Notes under the pieces: generated by a model | Seen by the model: the letters and a program-made list of their open reading frames with translations, nothing else | Database searches by the model: none | What the model was told of the DNA's origin: nothing | Part shown: positions 51,878 through 64,000 of the stretch, one piece after another | Numbering within the stretch: position 1 is the stretch's first letter | How the letters are laid out: every line of letters starts with the position of its first letter | Translations under genes and position numbers: made by a program | Assembly: GCF_001194135.2 (NCBI RefSeq) | Contig: NC_068986.1 | Coordinates: forward strand, 46,809,254 to 46,873,253 | Length of the DNA: 64,000 nt | Reading direction: 5' to 3' | From: Octopus bimaculoides | Lineage: Eukaryota

Positions 51878-54221
51878 TATATTTTAGTATGTAATCAGCA
51901 TGACGTTAGAAGGAATCCAGATAATTTCTTTGAATATATAGATTACAACTCAAATATAATGCAAAATCAAACTTACAAAATAAACATTATTGAATCCTCA
52001 AGTCCTAAGACATGCCTTAATCGTCATGCCAACATACCGTCGATTTAAATAACCGCTGAATAAATATTATATATATATTGGCTGAATTCATTTTCTAAGT
52101 CAGTTTGATAAATTCTTCCACTTCTGTTTGATCAATATGTAGAGAGAGTAGTCGGATACTGTTTCTATAATGAGTAGTTGTTTAATTTCCTCCTTTCAGT
52201 GAAAACAGCAATTTTCTTTCATTAATGAATGTAGATAGTTGTATGGCATTAATGAATATTGATCTATTTCTTTTAAGCAAGCAACGCCGGGCAGTAAGCT
52301 ATGAATGACATTTTCCTTGTCTAAACTACTATTTACCATTTTCAAGATATAGGTTATCGTTAGAAACGATGACAACAAGAATATCTTATTTAGCTCCAAT
52401 TATATAACTGTGTGTTGGCGACACAAATATTAGCTGAGATCTTGGCGGAGATTCAGCCAAGTATTTCATTTAAAATCCTAAGAATGAACGAAATTAGAGT
52501 ATGAAGTTATAAAAAGATACGTTTTTTTTATATAAATCACTTCAGTCTTACGTTATTTGTAAAACACACTACTACATTTGCAATAGTTTTCTGTCAAATA
52601 GATTAGTTAATATCACAGCAAATTTTAGATTAGGTAAAATCGCAGTAAATTTAACTAATTGACGCCAATATTCTCATAAATGACTTTAATGAACTTGATA
52701 AAATCTTTTAAATTACAGTGTATAAACATTACTTGAAACATAACTTTATTTAATGGTTTTGTTTATTTACAGGTTTTATCTAAATAGTGCGATCTAGTGT
52801 TGAAAGGATATACTGTTTACAATCTAACAGAAAAAGGAAAGCAATAAAGTTGTTATGTGCAGAAATATGGCCACTTGTGAAGGAAATATACGGCACTCAT
52901 TGTTAGTTGTTCTAAACTGATGTTCTAAGGACTTGTGTTTTGTTGAATTTGGACGGTAGTGTGGAAACTAATATGATTTAATAAATCTTATGTTGAATGA
53001 CAGAAAGGGTGTCCGCGGGAAAATAAATTTCCGTAATCTAACAAATTATATTTCATTCTTGTAAAGATTAAAATGGTGACGTGTGATAAATTAGGTTATG
53101 TGCTTTGCTGCTTTTAGTTATGTTACTTTATAATTTGGGTTCAGATCTCGCCGGAAATGGTGCAAAATTTCTTACATTTCAGCTTGTCTCGTATTAATTG
53201 TTGCGGTTGATATTTAATTACACGATCGATGTGACCTGTCATCGAGTGCACGCTGTTCAAGGTCATCTACCCTATAAATTTAAGACTACCTTATACAGTA
53301 TGCTCATCCTATTATACCACGAGGGGTGATGGTTTGATGGTAATTTAACTGCTATTTCTAGCAGCCCATTTGACTACATGCGGGCACCCACCTTGATTCG
53401 TATTTTCCTGATATATGATATGAGTTTGTTTATTATGAGTTTTTTTTTTTAATCAAATGCATTATGGCAAGTTACATTTAGTTCTGGTCTCCAGATAACT
53501 GATATTCATTTAATCTAGCAAAATATATATAAACGTCTCCTGCAAACTTTAGACCGACTTGTTTATAAAATTTACCAGTAGTTTGCTTGAAAGAAGATAT
53601 ATATATANNNNNNNNNNNNNNNNNNNNNNNNNNNNNNNNNNNNNNNNNNNNNNNNNNNNNNNNNNNNNNNNNNNNNNNNNNNNNNNNNNNNNNNNNNNNN
53701 NNNNNNNNNNNNNNNNNNNNNNNNNNNNNNNNNNNNNNNNNNNNNNNNNNNNNNNNNNNNNNNNNNNNNNNNNNNNNNNNNNNNNNNNNNNNNNNNNNNN
53801 NNNNNNNNNNNNNNNNNNNNNNNNNNNNNNNNNNNNNNNNNNNNNNNNNNNNNNNNNNNNNNNNNNNNNNNNNNNNNNNNNNNNNNNNNNNNNNNNNNNN
53901 NNNNNNNNNNNNNNNNNNNNNNNNNNNNNNNNNNNNNNNNNNNNNNNNNNNNNNNNNNNNNNNNNNNNNNNNNNNNNNNNNNNNNNNNNNNNNNNNNNNN
54001 NNNNNNNNNNNNNNNNNNNNNNNNNNNNNNNNNNNNNNNNNNNNNNNNNNNNNNNNNNNNNNNNNNNNNNNNNNNNNNNNNNNNNNNNNNNNNNNNNNNN
54101 NNNNNNNNNNNNNNNNNNNNNNNNNNNNNNNNNNNNNNNNNNNNNNNNNNNNNNNNNNNNNNNNNNNNNNNNNNNNNNNNNNNNNNNNNNNNNNNNNNNN
54201 NNNNNNNNNNNNNNNNNNNNN

Positions 54222-54263
<42 letters not shown>

Positions 54264-54630
54264 CATGTTCATGTTCAAAATAGTAAATAAAGATACACAA
54301 TTGAGAACAGGAATTACGAAAACGCTGTAACAAGAGTTCAGACGGTAAGTTACTTAATTGGTTGATAGGTCAGTGCTATGCTATTAACACCTCCTGTAAC
54401 AAATGCATATTTTAACAATGATATTCTTCGTTGAAATGCTAAATATCGGCATTTTATGAATTGGAATTCAATAAAGTAAATAACTAAGAAAGATGTTTGA
54501 ATTATAACGATGTGAACTAAATCGATGCTTTTCGATTCATTGATGAAGTAGGGTTAACCTATAAGCGAAGGATTACCTCGTAAATACAGTTATATTCTTC
54601 ATTACGGCAGCTAACTGTATAACTCAAACT

Positions 54631-55242
54631 GGATCTTTTTTAAAACGGGGGCCACATTTTTCATTAACGAAACACTTTGAAACTTGGAACACTGGTAGAA
54701 TGTGTCATATAAAACATCTTTTTCTCTTAGTCTTTAAAAAAAAGAAATCCATAAATTATTCCATGTTAAAGTTGTCGTATTTCTGTAATTTCAACCAATC
54801 ACTGACTTCCATTCAGCCGATATACATTAAGTGCCGACTACATAAACAAACGATTCTGAAACAATTAACCCTAACCCTAACCCTAACTCTAATCCTAACC
54901 CTAACCCTAGGGTTAGGGTTAGGGTTAGGGTTAGAGTTAGGGTTAGGGTTAAAGCAAATTTAAAATGAAAAAAGCAAATAAAACGAAGGTATTGAGATTA
55001 AATACGCTTTACATCGCTTAATGAGCCAAAGGAGTAAATGTAAACAACTGAATACTTGTCAGTGATTGGTTGAAGTTATCGAAATAAGACAATTTTTTAC
55101 ATGAAATAAATTCGGATACAAAAATATTTTTCTGTTCTATAACACAAAATAGATAAGTATACGAAGTTTGAAAGTCTTTCGGTACCAAAAACACCACGTA
55201 AAACATTAATGAAAAATGTGGCCCCCGTTTTAAAAAAGATCC
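54631..55242. mobile_element. Non-autonomous DNA transposon (MITE), 612 bp, with 37-bp perfect TIRs, an 8-bp TSD and a telomeric palindrome near the centre
   Basis: TIR GGATCTTTTTTAAAACGGGGGCCACATTTTTCATTAA at 54631-54667, with an exact reverse complement at 55206-55242. TSD CTCAAACT lies at 54623-54630 and 55243-55250. Confidence 0.95.
54865..54952. repeat. (CCCTAA)n-(TTAGGG)n near-perfect 88-bp palindrome
   Basis: About 7 units per arm, with the axis at CCCT|AGGG (54908/54909). Confidence 0.95.
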
Positions 55243-56234
55243 CTCAAACTAAATTAGTCTATTTACAAGGTATTATAGTTCCGATATTATATTTCAGTTA
55301 TGAATCTTTTAAAATATTTAAGATACAGACACATATTTTGCTTTCCAAGTTTCTCAGTCATATCTCAAAGTATTTTTGATAGTAGATGAGAACGCACCGA
55401 CCATTCGTGCTATGTTAATGGGACTAGCGGCGAAAAACAAGCGAAAATATTTAGCTTTGCTCAAAACTGACTCAAAACATAGATCCCTAGGACTTTTATT
55501 TTCAGTTTGTTGTTATTGGCATGGTGATATTTATAACAACGATTTCTCAAATTTGCTACAAGACCACACAATCTTCAATGAAGGAGCACTGTTAATTTTA
55601 TCGGCTCTGTAAGATTCACATTTTTTTGCTTACGGATTTAATAATACATTAATCGAACCCATGGAATTACCCTGTACTTTGATATCTTATAATAATTCTG
55701 CCTGTTCTTCCGTTACTTAGCCCGTCCGTAACGCTTCCTCGTAAATATTTGAAGGTGGAGGGGAGAGGGGAGAGAGGTTGTGGTGAATGAAATATGTCTT
55801 TTTCTTTTAGCTAAGATTTTTCCCCCTGTTACTTAGCCGTCTGTAACGCTTTCACGTGATTAATTGACAGGAAAGGCGAAGTGCGAAAGAAAAACGAGAG
55901 AAAAAAGAGTGTAAGGCGAATAGTAAGAGAGAAAGAGGGAGAGTGCTGTGTATTAAGTCTATAAACTTGTGCATAAAGTATATAAAATGTATATTTTTAC
56001 TAAATCTCCCACTTCTTAGGATTCTGTCTTACTTTATCTGTTTCTCTCTCTCTATTCCTCTCATATTTTCTTCCTTTCTGTTTTCATTGATTCCATTATT
56101 TCCACCTTTTTTTTCGCTTCCTCTTTCAAACACTGCCAAAGTATTTTCTCTGGCTTATACTCCTTATTTATTTCTCTCATTCTCTCTCTCTCTCACATAC
56201 ACACACACACACACACACACACCACACCACACAC

Positions 56235-56270
<36 letters not shown>

Positions 56271-57908
56271 ATACACCACACACATACCACACACACATAC
56301 ATACATGCACACACTCACCCATCCACCCAATTTCTCCACTCGTCGTTGTTAATTCCAGGCTCAGATCCCATCACTACCATGATAGCTAACTGACACTATT
56401 TGACGTAGTTCTCAAAGCACGAAACAGACGATAACTTGGAATGTGCTATTGTAAGTATATAGCTACTAGGTACAATTTCAAAGTAATTTGTTACAGATAT
56501 TTGATTTTAATTTTTAGATAGCAAATAAGTACAATGTTACATATTAAAAAATTATGTAAATTTGTTAACTATTTAATGTAAATGAGAAACATCTATTAAA
56601 TATCTAATATATTTTGTTATTATTGGTCTTTGTTGTGGTAATTAAGCATAATGCAGCTGAAATTTTTACAGTAGTTTTGGAGATAATACGAAACCAGAGA
56701 ACGAATTACCAAATTATACATCTTGTTACGTTTGTATATTTGTATTAGTTCATGACAACCTATAATAAAGAATAGTAGTTATTTCAAGAGCAAATTTTGA
56801 TATAACAATTATCTCTCCTTAAGTCACTTATATTCAATCTTGACTAATTTTACAATTAATACAATTCTAAAATCTATACTACACTTCACAATGAGATATC
56901 CCGAAAGCAATCTTTCTTGAGTATCTACAATAGCTCTAGCTGTCAATAGCATACGATATTCTTTTATGTATTCCTTTCAAGTAATCTCGTACTTACCTGC
57001 TTGCAGCGTTTCTTAGCTGTGAATAATAAATTAAGACATATTTCTTAATATGACAATTTATTCTAAGATATACTGTATAGGAAAATTACAGTATAGTTTA
57101 AACATAAAACTGGTACAATGTTAGTTGATATAGATTAGAATCAAAAGAGATTGAATACCTGAAATAACTTGCTTTGCGTTAGAGTTCGTGACACATCAAA
57201 AGGCAGTATATTCTTCGTCAATGGCGCGACTTGCGTGTATTAATCATATTTTGGATAAGATAGTATAAATTATCTAAACATAATATCAGAAAATCATTGT
57301 TAATAGTATTACTATAACATCATAGTCATTAACTCATGTATAACTTCACTTAAATGCATTATTCCATTACTGGATAAAAATTAATCTGTATATATCGTTT
57401 AATTCTGAATATTTGTAACCCTAATACTTTGCACTGTCTATGTACATTTTAAGACTGAAATTCCTATTATCCCATATCACAAATAGAAATACAAATATTG
57501 CGCTCTCTTCATTAAAGGATAGTTATTTTTGCTATTGAGCAAGGGATTGAATTGGCCGGATCGTTGCCTTTCATCCTTTCATCCCATCCTGGTCGATAAA
57601 ATAAAGTGCCAGTCTTTATTTAGGAAGATTAAATTGACTAAACATGCCCCCTCCAAATTCGTGGCTTCGCTCCTTTATTGGAAAGAAGTATTGCAGATTG
57701 GCAAAAATGTTAACGCATTGGACGAAATGTTCTGTGGCATTTATTCCAGTTCTTCATTTTCAGGGTTTAAGTCTTGAGGAGGTCTGCTTTATCTATCAAC
57801 TCTCCGGTAACGTTAAATCAAGTACTATTTAAGAACTAAGGTTGAATTAATCAATTATACTTATTCCCGAAATTAGAGGTTATGATGGAAACAATTATTG
57901 TTATTAAG

Positions 57909-58110
57909 ATGGAAGGCGGTGAGCTAGTAGAATCGTTAGCACGCCGGGCAAAATGCTTCGTGGCATTTCGTCCGTCTTGACGTTTTGACTATGCCTTTCA
58001 TCTTTTCGGGGTCTATAAAATAAGTACCAGTTAAACTCTGAGATTGGTGTAATCGACTGACACTCTGCCCCCAAATTTCAAGCCTTCTGTCTGTAGCAGA
58101 AAGGATTATT
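57909..58110 (+). mobile_element. SINE family 1 with an internal deletion
   Basis: AAGGCGGTGAGCTAGTAGAATCGTTAGCACGCCGGGC head and GAAAGGATTATT tail. Confidence 0.85.
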
Positions 58111-58470
58111 AATAAGATGCCATCATCCTATGGCGACTTGGAGAATAGAAAAGTATTTATTCCTAACTCTACACAGAACTACACATGAGCTGAAAAAAAT
58201 TATAAACAATTGAATCTATATCAGTATATTGTTTGTACTTAGTTTATGAATAGGCTTAACTTTGAATATTTTAGAAATCTTACAACTAGTTTCAAACTTG
58301 AATACACGCAGATCAAGAAAACTGCATTAATAGCAATGTTAATAAAAATGAAGTGAAATATATTCAGCCTTTATACATCTGATTCGCTCCACTTGAAGTT
58401 TGCTTCTTTCTCTATGACGCTCGCCGAGTTAACTTGATATTACATTACAAAAGCTGATATAGATTAGTGA

Positions 58471-58910
58471 TAAGGTGGCGAACTGGCAGAAAACATTAGC
58501 ACGTTGGGCAAAATGCTTAGTGGTCTGTCTTTTCGTTCTGAGTTCAAATTCCGCCATCCTTTCGGTGTCGATAAAGTAAGTACTACTCGAGCAGTGGGGA
58601 TCGATGTAATCAGCTTACCCCCTCCCACCAAATGCCTGCCTTGTGCCAAAATTTGAAATCAATATTACATTAAAAACAGTAATATAGATTAGTGTTAAGG
58701 TGACGAGCTGGCAGAATCATTAGCACGCTGGGCAAAACGCATAGCGGCATTTCGTCCGTCTTTACGTTCTGAGTTCAACTTCCGCCCACACCGACTTTGC
58801 CTTTCAACTTCCCGAATTCGATAAAATAGGTACCAGTTGAACACTGTCATCAAGTTACTCGATTTACACTTTTCGACGAAATCGTTGACCTTGTGCCAAA
58901 ATTTGAAACC
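58471..58910 (+). mobile_element. Two tandem family-1 SINEs bounded by repeated target sequence
   Basis: Units at 58471-58661 and 58696-58910. ATATAGATTAGTG occurs at 58457, 58682 and 58912. Confidence 0.9.
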
Positions 58911-60266
58911 GATATAGATTAGTGTTGCTGTGTGATAATTCATTAAAAACGCCTTTTCGAAGATATTATGTAGAGAATCTATCTATAACTTTTGTAGACA
59001 GCTATCAAATAACAAGCGTATCAAGGCGAATGGTAGCTTACATGCTTATGTTTTCGCTCTACGTCTTTTTTTATTTCAGTGTTTATCATTTTTCCATTTT
59101 TATTTGTTTCTTTTATTTTCATCTAAAAAAAAAATAGTGAAGTGTCTATTACAGAAGTCTCTTGAATATTAATAATTTTTATTTTAAAAGAAAAAGACAG
59201 CTGCCACTGATATTGTTTAACGTTTTGTAAGAAAAAATACTTCAGTGTCAAAATTCTTTTGTAATCGTTTGAGCTTTGTTAACAGATTTAAGAAATATCT
59301 AATTATTAATGCATTTAAGAAGCAAGAATCTAACATTTATTACTACATTATGATCAACATAATAGCTATAGATTTATTTCTATTAAAAGACATTAATTTG
59401 CAGACGGCGAAATTGGCGAACTGATAGCAGACCACGCTTCATTGTAAGACCTTTAACTTGGAATTCTAATTCACTGATTTCACTTGTTTTAAAATATTGA
59501 TTTTTGCCACTGGCACAAGGCTTATTTTGATTTCCTTTTTCGTATATACCAATTTAAAATATCTATTTTGTAACGACACTACTGAAAGGAGTTGGTGGAG
59601 TGCCAAGCTCGCTAACTTAGAGTATTTATTTTCGTAACTTTGTTCTGAATTTAAATTCTGTCGATTAAAGATGATTTTGCAATTTGATTTCCCTAGCTTG
59701 ATAAAATAAGTATCAGTATGAGTTCAAATCTTGCCTTGATAAACTTTCTTCTTTACGGGGGCGGGGGGGGGCGTTAAATATATTACTAGTCTAAGATGAT
59801 AAATTGCGGAGCGTCGAGCAAGAAAGCGGCTCTTTGTGATCTGGGTTCAGATTCCACCATCTTTCATCGGTGAAAATGCGGATCTTTTGGGAACTGGCAA
59901 AAATGATGATAGAGTTAGGAAATCCTTAAGCAAATACCCAAATATTTCAGCTAATCACTTAATACCAGTACTCCAACGGACCAACTCACGGGCAAGAATG
60001 CAGGCAAACTCAGTCCTTGTGCACGAAACTGAACGAACGAATGTGAATTCACATACATACATACATACATACATACAAAACAAACATACAAATCTGCGCA
60101 TACACTAACACCAAATACTGCACACACACACACACATGCACAAATACCTAGATGATGTTGATAAAAGTTCCAATGAAGGAGCCTTGAATCTATGTTAGAG
60201 TCCGGCTCTTTCTCTATTGACAAGAAATACAGAAATGAAACTGATTGATAACATACATACATACAT

Positions 60267-60485
60267 GTGAGGGCGTGTGGCCTAGTGGTTAGGGTGTTGC
60301 ATTCACGATCGCGAAGTCATTAGCTTGATTCCGAAGTTGTTCAGCAATCACTTCGAAGTTCGACTTGTGATGTTCCTGTCCAAGCAATGTCGATTTATAG
60401 AGAGAGTGAGGTAATGTGCAGCGCAAACATTTGATCAATATAAAATCGACTGCACAGGCTGATCCACAAGAAATTGCAGAACCAC
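60267..60485 (+). mobile_element. tRNA-derived SINE, family 5 (diverged)
   Basis: A-box TGGCCTAGTGG in GGCGTGTGGCCTAGTGGTTAGGGTGTTGCATTCACGATCGC. The B-box is degenerate. Confidence 0.6.
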
Positions 60486-61669
60486 CTTTCTCGGGCTTGA
60501 GAGGCTACCCTTTTATGCACACACAAGCTCGCACGTGCGCGCGCGCAGAAAAGTGCATGCGCATGTGGATATAAATATGGATGAGAAACCCAAATAGCAG
60601 TGCATTACAAATGATGTCTATTGTATTTTGTTAGACACCCACTTATCACTTGAATATTCTAGCCATAAATTTCCACCAAGAAAGTTCTATGCGAATTACG
60701 ATATACATGCACTAGTCTAGAGGATAAGAGAGCTATTACTATTAGTTTTGAAATAAAATTTACCCATTTCGCATCCATTCCAGTACCATGTATACTTCTA
60801 AAATCGAGGTACTTGATGTCGGTCGGAGAACATAACAGTCGGTACATCAAGGTACATGTAAATATTAATACATTTTTTTATCTCCAAACATGAAGACAGT
60901 AGTCCCAAAAATTAGAATAATTTTAGCTTTAATTCTTCTAAGACATTTTGACATTGAATGAAATGTAAGTTTCATAAACTGCCAATTATAATTATGTGCA
61001 AATTGCAATTGCCAAGTCTCATAAATATAAGCATGTGTGATATACACTGGAAGCAAATGCTACTTTAAGATCTATATGCTGTCTCTAGTTTAGTGTTTTC
61101 CATGTTCTACCTAGTTTGTATTTTATGCACATTAGACCGGTAAAATATATTAGTAATATATTAGTGTCAAATTAATATGGCTCCTTTCACAGAAGGATAT
61201 GCCCCTAAACAAGAAATCAATACACACACATACACACACACACATATATACATATATATATACTTTGAATGAAATTGTCAACTCTTAAATAGTAGAACGC
61301 CAGATTAAATATAAATATATTGCAAAAGTTAGTTTCCCTCCTTTACGTTCTGAGTTCAATCACACTGAGGACAACTTTGTATTTCATTCACCTCGGTTCA
61401 GTTTAATACTTACGAACTCACATATATAAATATATATGAATATAAACAAACTTAGAAAAGTAGAGCGTGTTGATGTTTTTTTAGAAATTAAGGAAATCCG
61501 GAATGCAGGAGAATTGCTATGAAATCATCTAGAAAATCGGGTAGAAATACTTCTATAGACGGACAAAAGTAGATAACAGGTGCTACAGAGTATTGAACTC
61601 TGCACCTCTCAAATACCCGCAGTACTCTGTACTATTGAGCTAAAACACTCCTAATGCTTCTTTTTATAT

Positions 61670-61883
61670 TCTTTTTTATTCTAGGCACAAGGCCCAAAAT
61701 TCTGGGGGAGGGGCCAGTCGATTAGATCGACCCTAGTGCGCAGTTAGTACTTAATTTATCGACTCCGATAGGGTTAAAGGCAAAGTCGACCTCGGCGGAA
61801 TTTGAACTCAGAACGTAAAGACAGACGAAATACCGCTAAACATTTCGCTCGGTGTGCTAACGTTTCTGCCAGCTCACCACCTT
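61670..61883 (-). mobile_element. SINE family 1, full length
   Basis: GGCAAAGTCGACCTCGGCGGAATTTGAACTCAGAACGTAAAG in reverse orientation. Confidence 0.9.
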
Positions 61884-62298
61884 CTTTATTCTAACATATT
61901 GAATTATCCCATATTTCCCTTATTTCTATTTTTGACTGTAAAGCGTAATTTGAGCTTGAAGTTTAGCTGCTATTTCTGACGGTTCAAACGAGCACATCTA
62001 GTATCATTATACTAGGGCCGACCGAAATCAATACAGCTTCTACTAAGAAGCATTTTCATTAACAGAGAGAAATCACTATCAAAGCACGTTCAAGACAAAC
62101 TGAAAATGGCTTTACAGTCTAGATATAAAAATAGAATTCTTAACTAAATATTTAAAACTCATTGTTTTACGCTTCTTTGCCCGAATACCTTACAACAATG
62201 ATGATGTGAAACTATGACGAATTTTGTTTATTTCGTATGAAATCAATATTTCCTCATTAAGCCTCTGTGCCTAAAATATATATCTGAATTCTTTGCTT

Positions 62299-62334
<36 letters not shown>

Positions 62335-62576
62335 ACACACTATCTTTAAATACAAAATTAACGCTGTCATTCTCACTGTTCAGGATATATCAGTTGCTTT
62401 TAGTTCATTCTAATTTCTTTTGTTGTATTTTTACATTTTAGAAACATTTCTATCAACCAACCTATTTCTGTCCTACTGCCATCTCATTTGTTCAGAAATA
62501 ATTTCCAAATAATCATTTTTTATCTGATGAATTGGACGTTGTAGAACATGAAAAGAACATTACTCGTTCGAATGAA

Positions 62577-62609
<33 letters not shown>

Positions 62610-63897
62610 CATTCAGAGCTAGATTTAGTTAAAGATGTAAAAATTTCCTCGATTTAGGAATGCAATCCTATATTCAACAAGTGAAAATATACAAAACAGG
62701 TACAGATTCTTAACATTATTCCTGTATTATTATTTAGTATAAAATGCAATTATTAGCATATGCTGCTAACAAATGCATATCATTATTACTAAAATATGAA
62801 GTAGTTTAGTGAGACTAGAACTGACCAGGGTGGCTGATTAATGTTTCTTGGCACGATGTCACAAATTTATAGTGAAGAGAGGAATGAGAATTTGTGGAGT
62901 TTATGCTTCAAAACATTCACAGCATACCTAAATATTGATTTCTATTTCACTATACATAACTTAAATCTGCAGATTTCCAGAGAAAAGAAATAAAATATGA
63001 TTAGTGATATCACAAATGAAATCACTTCAGCTGTGAATTAAAACTGATTCGCTGATTTAGTCTCTAGAAACTTACTTCTTGCCTAACAACACTTGACAAA
63101 ACGATTTCTATCTCCATTTTTATGTAGGTATAAATATTTTATGTTTTATGGAGAGGATTAATATGAAACGTGACATTCATGACTTTGCAAAAGGATATTA
63201 ACAGTATGAGCCAAGAATGAAATAGCTTCAATCAGGTATCTGAGTTTTATCCGCGGTTTCGTCTTCCTGGAAGTTTTTTTTTAAATATCTTTTAGTCCTC
63301 TTCACATTTTTAACTAAGATAGGGACTTGAGTTTCACCTAAATTCAAAGCAGTACATTGATATTAAAGGCGTAGCATCGTTTAATTAGTCTCTCGTACAA
63401 AACTGGCACTTAATGTATTGATTCTACTGGTGAGATTCTTTCTAAAAATATACCAGTATTAATGAAAAGTCTAATTTCCAAAACATTTCGAATTTAAATA
63501 CATTTAATGAGATTCTAAAATCTCTTCTCTACATTGGCTTCTACATCTCATGAATATATAACTCAATACATGAACTTAGTAAGAATATTTTGCTGCAGTT
63601 ATTTCAAAAGAAAATTGAAATTTTTAATGAAGAAATTTGAATTCCTAAGATAGAAAATTGAAAGAATCAGTGAAGTGCATACATAATGCTTCTCTTTAAA
63701 AGTGAAGGAGATAGTTCTAAATGTAGTTTTTAATTGTTGACTTTAAGTTGTCATCTTGCTTAATTGAGCAATTTTGCAATATCGCTTTCTCACTTATATT
63801 TTGCAGAAAAACTAGATCATTTTCCAGAAGCATGGTTATTTACCTTCAGAAATAATGGATAAAGTTAGTAAAATATTGAAAAGTCAAGTTATTAACT

Positions 63898-64000
63898 GAT
63901 GCTGATAATGTTGTTGATGACGATGCTGATGATGATAATGATGAGGACGATGACGGCGGCAGCGACGGCGAAGAAGAAGAAGAAGAAGAAGAAGAAGAAG
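63898..64000. repeat. Compound trinucleotide repeat (GAT/GAC/GGC/GAA)
   Basis: Direct reading; it continues off the window end. Confidence 0.9.

Noticed and set aside
2375-54333. Long ORFs containing X runs (for example 10244-11410, 16691-17958, 26923-27998, 28293-29179, 53478-54333)
   Set aside because: They are open only because N-gaps and flanking dinucleotide repeats contain no stops, so they are artefacts.
54865-54952. Ancient chromosome-fusion site or true telomere
   Set aside because: The repeat orientation is opposite to a fusion, and the array lies inside a TIR/TSD-bounded element.
60809-60855. Hairpin GTACTTGATGT...ACATCAAGGTAC as a possible pre-miRNA
   Set aside because: The stem is only about 11 bp with bulges and the total is under 50 nt, too short for a miRNA precursor.
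62578-62608. Poly(A) run as a retrocopy tail
   Set aside because: No upstream polyadenylation signal at a suitable distance, no TSD and no recognisable upstream cDNA.
63898-64000. Acidic D/E-rich coding tract
   Set aside because: There is an in-frame TGA at 63877 with no start or acceptor between, so it is best read as a compound trinucleotide repeat.
1-64000. CRISPR arrays, rRNA genes, operon-like prokaryotic systems
   Set aside because: No regularly spaced repeat-spacer units, rRNA motifs or dense ORF clusters were seen. The DNA is eukaryotic and repeat-rich.

Overview
This is AT-rich, microsatellite-dense eukaryotic DNA with 13 N-gaps. The repeat families, (TTAGGG)n motif and composition resemble a coleoid cephalopod (Octopus-like) short-read assembly; this is my recognition, not a database result. 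I could not confidently identify any host protein-coding gene, and nearly all long ORFs in the track are artefacts of N-runs or microsatellites. The window is mostly decayed mobile elements: at least five tRNA-derived SINE families, two near-full-length mariner (DD34D) copies in opposite orientation, a Tc1 (DD34E) remnant, the 5' end of a Ty3/Gypsy element (LTR-PBS-gag), a separate 3' LTR, L1/Tx1 ORF1 and ORF2 remnants, two RLE-type (R4/Dong-like) LINE remnants, an RTE fragment, Penelope-like remnants with a hammerhead-like motif, and a Helitron-like 5' fragment. The most unusual items are (1) a 612-bp MITE with perfect 37-bp TIRs, an 8-bp TSD and an 88-bp outward-facing telomere-repeat palindrome near its centre, (2) a minimal variant hammerhead motif, (3) an inverted and circularly permuted repeat pair, (4) a recurring CpA->TpA signature in the decayed elements, and (5) repeated SINE insertion at one target site. 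Nothing here proves a new biological system; these are leads. Protein family assignments come from manual translation and motif recall, and many boundaries are approximate.
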